Notes under the pieces: model-generated
Seen by the model: only the letters and a program-made list of their open reading frames with translations
What the model was told of the DNA's origin: nothing
The model's database searches: none
Part shown: positions 9,951 to 18,232 of the stretch, in pieces
How positions within the stretch are numbered: position 1 is the stretch's first letter
Layout: every line of letters starts with the position of its first letter
Position numbers and translations under genes: made by a program
Assembly: GCA_041649675.1 (NCBI GenBank)
Contig: JBAZMQ010000005.1
Span: 9,635-73,634, forward strand
Direction of reading: 5' to 3'
DNA from: Patescibacteria group bacterium
GTDB taxonomy: Bacteria; Patescibacteriota; Patescibacteriia; Buchananbacterales; UBA6539
Length of the DNA: 64,000 bases

Positions 9951-10535
9951 ATGGGTAAAATGTTGCTACGATGCGGACCTGCCATCGCGTTTTTGATGGT
10001 AATAACGGCCGCGATAATGATGACGATTCAAGCTCAGGCGCTCCCGGCCACGACGCCTTCGTGCCAGGACGCGATTTCCGCCATGACGCCCCAGAACGTG
10101 GCGTCCATTCAGACCGCCGTGACGACCGAGAAAGCCTTGTCGTCCGGGGCCATTCAGTCGAGCGCCGCGTTGATCCAACTTATTAAAGGAACCGAGATCG
10201 GGATCAACGCCGCACAGGAAACCGGGATCATGAAGCAGACAGCCGCCACCGCCACCGCAGGAAGTACCATGGTGAGCAAAACGGCGATCGCAGATGCGGC
10301 GATTTCTCAGGCGTTTTTGAAGGCACCTATAGACGCCACCGTGAAAGAAAGTACCATGGTGATGAAGACGGAAATCGCCGGCGCGGTTACCTCTCCGGCG
10401 TATCATCTTCTGGCTCTGTCAGCGGGCGCGCAGGACATTACCGGCACGGGTACGGCGATGGCAAAATCGGTGATGAAGACGCCGATTATCTCCGATACAG
10501 CGACGCCGGCTATCGCGTTTGCACTTGCCACCTGA
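9951..10535 (+). CDS. GC-rich orphan secreted Ala/Thr/Met-rich protein with internal repeats (start probably 9951)
   Basis: GGAGGA SD before ATG 9951; signal peptide ending AQA; repeated STMV.KT.IA; much higher GC than neighbours. Confidence 0.65.
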   Translation: MGKMLLRCGPAIAFLMVITAAIMMTIQAQALPATTPSCQDAISAMTPQNVASIQTAVTTEKALSSGAIQSSAALIQLIKGTEIGINAAQETGIMKQTAATATAGSTMVSKTAIADAAISQAFLKAPIDATVKESTMVMKTEIAGAVTSPAYHLLALSAGAQDITGTGTAMAKSVMKTPIISDTATPAIAFALAT

Positions 10536-10647
10536 CCTGCTGCGTCAGGGCGCAGTAAGTGCCCCGATCTTTTTAATGTCACCAGGCTCTGGTAAATGGG
10601 TCCAAAAGATCCACTCCTGAGGCCGGTGGCTTCAATTAAAATTTTAT

Positions 10648-10721
10648 CCCCGCGGGCTTAAAAGCTAGTTTAACAGGAAACACGGATGTTTCTAGAAACC
10701 AGTTTTTCCGCGGGTTTTTTT
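10648..10721 (+). terminator. Long imperfect hairpin + U-tract ending orphan unit 1
   Basis: CCCGCGG...GGAAACA-CGGA-TGTTTCT...CCGCGGG-TTTTTTT. Confidence 0.7.
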
Positions 10722-10887
10722 ACTAATTTTTTTGGCCAACTAGCCGATTCTTTATACTTAATTTAAAATTAGAATTTTATGGCTTTTTTTGCTATTGACT
10801 TTTCATATTTTATGTACTAAAGTATAATGTTGTCAAAAGGCAGTATCAATTGAAAACAATCTTCGCCATCATTGGCGTAAGGAGGGA

Positions 10888-11562
10888 ATGGATATGATTA
10901 GAATTCCAATGATTGCAGTGACTTGTCCGCACTGTGGCGATAAAGGTAACGTACCTTTGCCAAAGGCTGGAATGATTCCGGTAGGCAAATGTCCCAGATG
11001 TAGCAAAGTAATTGCCATCTTTTTGAACCAAATAGTACTCCTGGACCAAAAAATCCTTAGCTGCACACCAATTGACCAGGCCAGGGATATTTACCGGGTT
11101 TTAACCCGGTTTCTCTACCAGCGATGCCAGGAACTGGCTTTCACTCGGGCGCGGCATGCCGAGAAAAGTCGAATGATTACAGTGACTTGCTCGCACTGTG
11201 GCGAAAAACTTATGGTACCTTTGCCAAAGGCTGGGATGATTCCGGTGTATGAATGCCCGGAATGTCATGAAGTAATTATCATCTTTCTAAACCAAGCAGT
11301 CCGCCTGGACAAAAAAATCCTTAAGCTGTCAACATCCGACCAAGCTCATAACATTTACCAAGTCTTAAGCCGATTTCTCTACCAGCGATGTGAGCAATTG
11401 CCTTTTGGCCAGGTATTACACCCAACCCAACCAGGAATGCCTCTTTGCCAAAACGAAGGGCCGTTAAAGGGGCCAATCAGCCAATGTGAGGTTGATGCTT
11501 TCCTTGGTACTGATCTAATACTCATTGACAACAAAGAGTATTTCAAATCGGTCTTTGGTTAA
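10888..11562 (+). CDS. Orphan protein with tandem-duplicated double zinc-ribbon domain
   Basis: CPHC..CPRC and CSHC..CPEC in two 88-aa repeats; TTGACT at 10795, AAGGAGG SD, hairpin + U-tract 11572-11610. Confidence 0.8.
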   Translation: MDMIRIPMIAVTCPHCGDKGNVPLPKAGMIPVGKCPRCSKVIAIFLNQIVLLDQKILSCTPIDQARDIYRVLTRFLYQRCQELAFTRARHAEKSRMITVTCSHCGEKLMVPLPKAGMIPVYECPECHEVIIIFLNQAVRLDKKILKLSTSDQAHNIYQVLSRFLYQRCEQLPFGQVLHPTQPGMPLCQNEGPLKGPISQCEVDAFLGTDLILIDNKEYFKSVFG

Positions 11563-11647
11563 AAACAAACACCCCTAGCAGAATCTCTATTTTGCTGGGG
11601 TTCTTTTTTTGTTTGTTTTTTTACTTTACCTAAGCTAAAATATAGAT

Positions 11648-13120
11648 ATGAACATTTTTGGCAAATTAAGCAAAATCACAATTTCATTTTTAATCTTAGC
11701 TGAACTCTTTTCGCTAATTGCTTATCTCTTACCGCCACTGAATCAAGTGGCTTTTTTTGCGATTTTAGGTGTGGCTTTGGTTTTGGTTTTATTAAAACAG
11801 GAATATGGCCTGTACTTAATCTTAGCCGAACTTTTTATTGGCGGGTTTGGCCATCTTTTTAGTTTTAGTGTTTATGATTTTTCTATTTCAATTCGGATGG
11901 CTTTATTTGCCCTAGTTTTATCAGTTTGGTTAATTAGACAAATTTTAAATTTTAAACTTTCAATCCCAAAAATCCCGATTCTTTATTATTTATTTTTCTT
12001 AATTCTGATTGGTGGCGTAATTAATGGTTTATGGCATAATGCCTTAACTGCTGTTTTTTTTGATGCCAACGCCTGGGTTTACTTTATTTTAATCTTTATC
12101 TTTTTTGATCTGATTAAAAATAAAGAAATTGTTGATGATATTTTGCAAATTTTGGTTGGTTCAACTGCTTACCTAGCCTTAAAAACAATTGGCATTCTAA
12201 TTCTTTTCGCCCAAGGCATTACCGGCATCGGCGGTTTTTTTTACAAATGGTTACGAGACAGCGGGGCAGGGGAAGTTACTTATGTTTCCGGGTCAATTTT
12301 TCGAGTCTTTTTGCAATCACAAATCTATTGCCTAATTGGCTTGGCGATTGTCTTAGTAATTCTCTTGGCGGGCTACAAAAAATTTGATAAAAAAGTTTTG
12401 GTTTTTACCATTGGCTATCTTTATCTAACCAGCCTGGCTCTGATTATTAGCCAATCCCGAAGCTACTGGGTGGGCGCCGTGGCGGCTTTATTTTTGATTT
12501 TAATCTTTAGCTGGTGGCAATTTGGATTTAGAATTAAAAAAACAATAACTTTAGTAGCGGTTTTGGTCATCATGGTATTATCCCAATTATTGCTGATTCA
12601 AATTATGACTGGCAATTTTACCGGCAACATTATTGCTAATCGGTTTGGCAATTTAAAAAGTGAACCAGCCGGCATCAGCCGTTTAAACCAGCTGCCGCCA
12701 TTGCTTTTCAATATTGAGCAGCAGGCAATTTTTGGCTATGGTTTTGGCAAACAATTAACTTACGTTAGTCAAGACCCACGGATTGTAAAAAATCACCCTG
12801 GCGGCATTTACACAACCTATGCTTTTGAATGGGGTTATTTGGATATTGCCTTAAAAGTTGGGGTGATAGGATTATTAGTCTATCTGGCCCTAATAGTTCA
12901 AATGTTTTATCAAGAATTTAGAAGAATTAGGAATTATGAATTAAGAATTATGAATAATAAAGAATTCCAAATTCCAAATTCCTACTTCCTAATTCCTGGA
13001 TTATTAGCTGGACTGTTGGCCCTGGGCGTGACTAACATTTTCTCACCTTATTTAAATCATCCCTTAGGCATTACTTACTTATTGTTAGCCTCGGTAATTA
13101 TTAATCAATATGACCGTTAA
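11648..13120 (+). CDS. O-antigen ligase/polymerase-like membrane protein
   Basis: Multi-TM; SQSRSYWVG, IFGYGFG, YLDIALKVGVIGL. Confidence 0.8.
   Translation: MNIFGKLSKITISFLILAELFSLIAYLLPPLNQVAFFAILGVALVLVLLKQEYGLYLILAELFIGGFGHLFSFSVYDFSISIRMALFALVLSVWLIRQILNFKLSIPKIPILYYLFFLILIGGVINGLWHNALTAVFFDANAWVYFILIFIFFDLIKNKEIVDDILQILVGSTAYLALKTIGILILFAQGITGIGGFFYKWLRDSGAGEVTYVSGSIFRVFLQSQIYCLIGLAIVLVILLAGYKKFDKKVLVFTIGYLYLTSLALIISQSRSYWVGAVAALFLILIFSWWQFGFRIKKTITLVAVLVIMVLSQLLLIQIMTGNFTGNIIANRFGNLKSEPAGISRLNQLPPLLFNIEQQAIFGYGFGKQLTYVSQDPRIVKNHPGGIYTTYAFEWGYLDIALKVGVIGLLVYLALIVQMFYQEFRRIRNYELRIMNNKEFQIPNSYFLIPGLLAGLLALGVTNIFSPYLNHPLGITYLLLASVIINQYDR
12923..12997. repeat. 7-nt-periodic palindromic element (family B) inside the CDS, in frame
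   Basis: GAATTAG GAATTAT GAATTAA GAATTAT...AATTCCA AATTCCA AATTCCT ACTTCCT AATTCCT; reads RIRNYELRIMNNKEFQIPNSYFLIP. Confidence 0.75.
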
Positions 13121-13652
13121 AATAACCTATTTTGTTCACGGCACCACCACTGACAATGAAAAAGATTTAGCCAGCGGCTGGGCTGACCCAAAACTTTCTC
13201 CTCTCGGAATTAATCAGGCAAAAGAGCTTGGTAAGCTAGTGGCGGCTAAAAAATTTGCCGCGGTTTTTTGTTCTGATTTACAGCGAGCAATTGATTCGGC
13301 CAATTTAGCTTTTGGTCAGAATTATACCGTTATGGTGGACAAAAGATTAAGAGAAATAAATTATGGCGACTGGAATCAAAAACCCCATGATTTTAAAAAT
13401 AATTTGACAGATTATATTAATAAACCTTTTGCCAACGGCGAAAGTTATTTGGCGGTCCAAAATCGAATTGCTGACTTCTTAAAATTTCTAAACACTAAAT
13501 ACTTTGGCCAAAATGTAGCCATCGTTGCTCATCAAGCACCCCAGCTAGCTTTAGAAGTTTTGCTTAATAAAAAAACCTGGGAACAAGCTATTGCCACTGG
13601 TTGGCGAAACAAGAACGCTTGGCAACCAGGCTGGAAATATATTTTAGAATAA
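13110..13652 (+). CDS. Histidine phosphatase family protein
   Basis: VHG (RHG variant), SDLQRA, LREINYG, GES, VAH. Confidence 0.85.
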   Translation: MTVKITYFVHGTTTDNEKDLASGWADPKLSPLGINQAKELGKLVAAKKFAAVFCSDLQRAIDSANLAFGQNYTVMVDKRLREINYGDWNQKPHDFKNNLTDYINKPFANGESYLAVQNRIADFLKFLNTKYFGQNVAIVAHQAPQLALEVLLNKKTWEQAIATGWRNKNAWQPGWKYILE

Positions 13653-13656
13653 TTTT

Positions 13657-14172
13657 ATGGAAATTTTAGACATTGTCAATCTTAATGACCAAGTTATTGG
13701 CCAAGCGCCAAAACCAGAAATTTATCAGCAACTACTTTGTCATCGCATTGTTCACATTTTAATCTTTAATGACCAAGGCAAAATGGCCTTGCAGCTGCGA
13801 AGTGCCAAAGTGAATTTTTGTCCGCTTCATTGGTCAACTGCCGTTGGCGGCCATGTCCAAACTGGCGAAACCTATGAAACCGCCGGCCTGAGAGAATACG
13901 AAGAAGAGCTGGGCCAACAAAGTCAGTTGCAATTTTTAAGCAAAGATTTGTATCAGCTGCCAAACCGGCCGGCTAAATTTTTAGCAACCTTTACGACAAA
14001 ATTTAACGGACCGTTTAAACCTGATTTAGAAGTCGTTGAAAAAGTCAATTTTTTTACCCTAGCAGAAATCCAAAAAATGATTGCTAGCGGAGAAAAATTT
14101 CATCCGGAATTACTATTCATTTTAACCAAACATTTCTTGCAAAAATATGACCGTAAAAGTAATCCCTTTTGA
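13657..14172 (+). CDS. NUDIX hydrolase (IPP-isomerase-like)
   Basis: HRIVHILIFN, GGHVQTGETYETAGLREYEEELG. Confidence 0.85.
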   Translation: MEILDIVNLNDQVIGQAPKPEIYQQLLCHRIVHILIFNDQGKMALQLRSAKVNFCPLHWSTAVGGHVQTGETYETAGLREYEEELGQQSQLQFLSKDLYQLPNRPAKFLATFTTKFNGPFKPDLEVVEKVNFFTLAEIQKMIASGEKFHPELLFILTKHFLQKYDRKSNPF

Positions 14173-14611
14173 AAATAAATATGCCATTAAAACCAGAAAA
14201 TTAATTATTAATATTCTTGAAAATGAATTTAATTTTTTAAAAATTAAAAGACCCGACCTTTGGCAAATAGCCAAAACTTACCAAACCGCTAAAGGAAATT
14301 TTTGGCTAGCGCTTGATACTTCAGATGTAGTTGGCACAATTGCTTTGCAAGATTGCGGTGATGGCCGAGGCTACCTAAGAAGAATGTATGTCAGAAAAGA
14401 ATACCGAAGCAAAGGCTTGGGTTCTAAATTATTATCAGTGGTCTTAAATTTTGCCAAAAATAATCATTACAAAAAAATTTATTTAGCTACGACTGACGCG
14501 ATGACCCAGGCAAACAAATTTTATTGTAAAAATGGTTTTAAAAAAATTAAACGCTTACCTAATGACATACCGGCCCCAGGCGACAGTATTTTTTACGAAA
14601 TTTTAATTTAG
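14147..14611 (+). CDS. GNAT acetyltransferase
   Basis: RMYV..EYRSKGLGSKLL, ANKFY.KNGF. Confidence 0.9.
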   Translation: MTVKVIPFENKYAIKTRKLIINILENEFNFLKIKRPDLWQIAKTYQTAKGNFWLALDTSDVVGTIALQDCGDGRGYLRRMYVRKEYRSKGLGSKLLSVVLNFAKNNHYKKIYLATTDAMTQANKFYCKNGFKKIKRLPNDIPAPGDSIFYEILI

Positions 14612-14635
14612 ACACTAAAACAAATTTTAAACTAT

Positions 14636-14667
14636 AAAAAAATCCATTAAACTTAATGGTATTTTTT
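14636..14667. terminator. Bidirectional terminator between convergent genes
   Basis: AAAAAAATCCATTAA-AC-TTAATGGTATTTTTT. Confidence 0.6.
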
Positions 14668-14676
14668 ATACTAAAT

Positions 14677-15621
14677 CTATTTTAAAATCTGGCCGACTAA
14701 ATCTTTTTGGCCGCGTAAAAAATCAGAGCCGGATAATTCTTTTTTGCCTGCCAACTGAAGCGAAAGCAACCCAATAGCACCCTGGCTGCATTTTGCTGCC
14801 AACTGACCATTGGGACCTAAAAATACCTCACCAGGTATCAAACTAGAGGCAAAATCACCCCCTAAAACGCTTAAATTTGCGATTTTAAGGCGTTTGCCGT
14901 CTAATTGAGCAAAGATACCGGGCCAGGGGTAAAAAGCCCTAAATTGCCGGCCTATTTGTTCAGCGGTTTGCTGCCAGTCAATCCGACCATCATTACGATC
15001 AATCATCTCTGTATAAGTGGCTAAATTTTCTGATTGACTCGCTGGACTGATCTTACCGGCTAAATAGTCAGGTAAAATTTCAACCAACAGTTCAGCACCA
15101 ATCTGGGCTAATTTTAAACTCAAGGTTTGGGCATTATCAGTAGGCAATAGAGGAACTTCCTTTTGACTAAAAATTGGTCCGGCATCAACTGCCTGGACTA
15201 ATTTAATTATTGAAACGCCAGTAACTTTATCACCATTCAAAATTGCTTGCTGAATTGGCGCTGAACCGCGATACTGTGGTAGTAAGGAAGGATGGATATT
15301 TAAAAATCCAAATTTTGGTTTGTTTAAGTACTCATCCGGAATAATCAAACCGTAAGCCGCCAAGATACATAAATCATAATCATTATCCGCAAATACTGCG
15401 GCAAAATCTTTTTTCTTCTGCGGCTGAAGCACGGCGATATTATTAGCCAAGGCAAACTCTTTAACCGGCGGGGGAGTTAACTGTTGTTTTCGGCCAACTG
15501 GCTTGTCCGGTTGAGTTACGACTAAAGCTGGCAAAAAATCATTTTTGATCAATGCTTGCAAAACCGGCACCGCAAATTCAGGCGTGCCCCAGAAAATAAT
15601 TTTTGGTTTGATTGGCGGCAT
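14677..15621 (-). CDS. fmt: Methionyl-tRNA formyltransferase
   Basis: GTPEFA, TQPDKPVGR, NIHPSLLPQYRGSAPIQ, DAG. Confidence 0.95.
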   Translation of the reverse strand: MPPIKPKIIFWGTPEFAVPVLQALIKNDFLPALVVTQPDKPVGRKQQLTPPPVKEFALANNIAVLQPQKKKDFAAVFADNDYDLCILAAYGLIIPDEYLNKPKFGFLNIHPSLLPQYRGSAPIQQAILNGDKVTGVSIIKLVQAVDAGPIFSQKEVPLLPTDNAQTLSLKLAQIGAELLVEILPDYLAGKISPASQSENLATYTEMIDRNDGRIDWQQTAEQIGRQFRAFYPWPGIFAQLDGKRLKIANLSVLGGDFASSLIPGEVFLGPNGQLAAKCSQGAIGLLSLQLAGKKELSGSDFLRGQKDLVGQILK

Positions 15622-15626
15622 AAAAA

Positions 15627-16127
15627 TTATCGGCCTTGAGCCAACTTTTCTAATTTATCCTTACCATGAGTAATTTTTTTAGCTTTATCAATAAATAAAA
15701 CTCCATCCAAATGATCAACTTCGTGCTGAATCACCCGAGCAAACATTCCCTGGGCATCAAATCTTATTTTTTTCCCATTTTTATCTAGCGCCACAATTTT
15801 TATTTTTGATGATCTTTTAACTAAACCAAAAACTTCAGGCAAACTTAAACAACCTTCTTCTAACAATTCTTTTTTCCAAGATCTTTTTAAAATTTTTGGA
15901 TTAATCAAAAAAACTGTACCATCGGCGGTGTTAATTACCACTACCCGAATACTTTTGCCAACTTGCGGTGCGGCCAGGCCAACGCCGTCTCTTTCTTTCA
16001 TGGTTTTTTCCATATCTAAAAGAAGCTGCTTAATATCTTTATTTTGCAGCTGAAAAGTTTCCAACGCCTGCGCCTTTTGACGCAAAATCGGACAGGAGTA
16101 AATTTTTATGGGTAAAAGTTTAGCCAT
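15627..16127 (-). CDS. def: Peptide deformylase
   Basis: GVGLAAPQ, EGCLS, QHEVDHL. Confidence 0.97.
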   Translation of the reverse strand: MAKLLPIKIYSCPILRQKAQALETFQLQNKDIKQLLLDMEKTMKERDGVGLAAPQVGKSIRVVVINTADGTVFLINPKILKRSWKKELLEEGCLSLPEVFGLVKRSSKIKIVALDKNGKKIRFDAQGMFARVIQHEVDHLDGVLFIDKAKKITHGKDKLEKLAQGR

Positions 16128-16167
16128 AAATTAATCTTACTCTTTAGTATAGCACATTTCCTTAAGA

Positions 16168-16311
16168 CTATAAATGTTTTTCTAGCTGCAAAATCTTTTT
16201 TTCCAAGCTCGCATACAGCACTTCATCTTGCTGGTAATAGGCTTGCAGCTGTAAAGTCAAACAATTTTTTAATTCTTCAATGATTGATTCTGAGTTTTGT
16301 TTCATTGGCAT
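16168..16311 (-). CDS. Small helical hypothetical protein (probable ATG start 16311)
   Basis: MPMKQNSESIIEELK...; minus-strand TTGACA..TATAAT promoter about 16387-16414. Confidence 0.45.
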   Translation of the reverse strand: MPMKQNSESIIEELKNCLTLQLQAYYQQDEVLYASLEKKILQLEKHL

Positions 16312-16512
16312 TTTGTTTTTATTTATTAAGGCAGTAAAAGTAAAATCTCCCAACACTTTTTGGGAGAAATTTAATTTTAAGTATTTATTATACCGTAATT
16401 AAATATCATGTCAAGGATATTTATGGGGATAACCAAAAAAATAAAACCTAATATCAGATTGGGTAATTAACTTTTTGATAATTAGCCAAAATTTTGCCAA
16501 GCCTTGGCTCAA

Positions 16513-16541
16513 TTGACTTTTGACCGCAAATTGCCTAAAAT
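16513..16541 (+). promoter_or_regulatory. sigma70-type promoter of orphan unit
   Basis: TTGACT-17 nt-TAAAAT. Confidence 0.7.
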
Positions 16542-16596
16542 CACGGTGAGGTTAATTTGATCAAAATTTCAGTAACAACTGCTGGAGGAAACTACC

Positions 16597-16980
16597 ATGT
16601 CTTTTGAAAGTACTGCTGGTTCCATCGTCTTTGGCATAGCAATAAGCCCGCTGATACTCATAGGGTATCTATTGGTCGGGATAATAGCTTCAATCTTCAA
16701 AGGGCTTTGGCGCTGGCACCGAATTACGGCAATGACCGATAGTTTTGACCAACCGATAGGAGAACCCGGACTAAAAGCCTTCTTCAAGGATGCCGCGATT
16801 TGACCCCATTGGCTGCTTAAGCCGATTAAACTGCACTTAAAAGCGCTATTCTTCCTGGCTCTCTATGCAGTCGGAATCGGCTGGATAATTGACAAAATCT
16901 GTTTGGTTTTTATCAACATCAGAGCCGAAGAATTTCCTCACCCACCACCGCCAGATTATCCAAACCGTATGGAAATGTAA
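16597..16980 (+). pseudogene. Orphan membrane protein with one in-frame TGA (16801-16803): pseudogene or read-through
   Basis: GGAGG SD; frame continues 58 codons after TGA (AI*PHWLLK...PNRMEM) to TAA 16980, then hairpin + U-tract 16995-17036. Confidence 0.6.
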
Positions 16981-17066
16981 AAGATCTTTGGCCCGATTCA
17001 CTTGGTTTACCAAACCTTAGTGAATCTCTTTTTTTATCAATAAAAAATTGTTATAATTCTAATGTT

Positions 17067-17339
17067 ATGAATACTCCCAATATCAACACTGGCCCACAAA
17101 ATTTTAAAGAAATTCTGCAGCAAAAAAAGACGATTAAACCGCCGGCTTATCCCTGGCAGGATTTTGCTTTAAAAATTATTGCTGAATTAAATATTCCGCC
17201 GCAAAAAAGAAACTCGGTTTTTAGAGTTTGTAAAACTAATTCTAAAGATTACATTGAAAAATGTCTAAACGACACTAAAGAGCTTTGCCAAACCGGGCAG
17301 CAGTGGAAATATTTCTTTAAAATAGTCAGCAAAAAATAA
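17067..17339 (+). CDS. Hypothetical protein
   Basis: 90-aa ORF with host-like composition; TATAAT upstream. Confidence 0.7.
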   Translation: MNTPNINTGPQNFKEILQQKKTIKPPAYPWQDFALKIIAELNIPPQKRNSVFRVCKTNSKDYIEKCLNDTKELCQTGQQWKYFFKIVSKK

Positions 17340-17340
17340 A

Positions 17341-17374
17341 ACCGTAGGGATACATTGCAATGCGTCTCTACGGT
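17341..17374. repeat. GTAG-type REP palindrome
   Basis: ACCGTAGGGATACATTGCAATGCGTCTCTACGGT. Confidence 0.7.
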
Positions 17375-17401
17375 TTTATAATTATTCTCAAAAAATTTAT
17401 T

Positions 17402-18199
17402 TCAAATCAACTTAAAATTACACACCAAATAGCCAACACCAAACGGACCTTCGTAAGACAAAACTTCCGGGGTAATATTAAGTGATTCAATAATACCAAG
17501 TAAAGTAATAATTGAGCGTAAGCCGCATTCACCGGCGGCTTTAATTAATTCCGCATCAATGTTTAAGACACCGGAAAAATCTTTTTTCTGCAATAATTCA
17601 ATTAATTTCTGGTCAAACTCTTTGCCTTGGGGTGAATAACCACCGGGTGCATCTTTAGTCAACTTATGGGATAAATCGCCCGAAGCTAAAACCGCAAAAC
17701 GTTTATCAATTTTTGACAGCTGCCGGTGCAAAAACTGGCCAAAAGCAAAATGCTGCTTATAATCAAGGGTTGAATAAGTAATTGGAATAATTGGAATATT
17801 TTTTAAATGCTGAGTCAGAAAATAAAGGGGGATAGAAAAGCCATGATCAATTTCTGTTTCACTGGTCAAAACAATGGGGATAGTTTGGTTAGTTTCATCC
17901 GCGGCCCGAATTTTTTGAATGGCCAAATAATCACTTTTAAATTCCAGCTCTAAACCAAAATCACCAAACTCTTTAAAATTGGCTTTGTAATCAGCACTTA
18001 AATTAATATTAAAAGCATCTGGCAGAATTTTACCGTGGGGAGAGATAATCAAAATACTTTCCGGCTTAGAGGCATAAAAATCTTGTTCCAATTTTTCAAA
18101 TCCCTCTTGGGTTTTTTTTAATTTTTTTAAATTGTCTTTACCAATTTCGGGAATCAAAACCGGCGGGTGGGGAACACTAGCGGCAAAAACTATTGGCAT
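17402..18199 (-). CDS. amrB: AmmeMemoRadiSam protein B (MEMO1/class III extradiol dioxygenase fold)
   Basis: PHPP, ISPH, DHG, ASGDLSH, ECG, SYEGPFGVGY. Confidence 0.85.
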   Translation of the reverse strand: MPIVFAASVPHPPVLIPEIGKDNLKKLKKTQEGFEKLEQDFYASKPESILIISPHGKILPDAFNINLSADYKANFKEFGDFGLELEFKSDYLAIQKIRAADETNQTIPIVLTSETEIDHGFSIPLYFLTQHLKNIPIIPITYSTLDYKQHFAFGQFLHRQLSKIDKRFAVLASGDLSHKLTKDAPGGYSPQGKEFDQKLIELLQKKDFSGVLNIDAELIKAAGECGLRSIITLLGIIESLNITPEVLSYEGPFGVGYLVCNFKLI

Positions 18200-18232
18200 A
18201 AATTAACTATTAAAAATTTAAAAACTTGTTGA

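Noticed and set aside
9772-10406. Alternative ORFs 9772-9996(+), 9966-10406(-), 9971-10186(+)
   Set aside because: Likely shadows of the GC-rich gene; only the 9951 frame has an SD, a signal peptide and coherent repeats.
10909-11391. DGR template/variable repeat pair
   Set aside because: Both copies are in frame within one ORF, differences are not restricted to adenines, and no reverse transcriptase is present.
16801-16803. Genome-wide TGA recoding (genetic code 4 or 25)
   Set aside because: TGA terminates conserved genes at expected lengths (for example 6687 and 8535), and core ORFs have no internal TGA.
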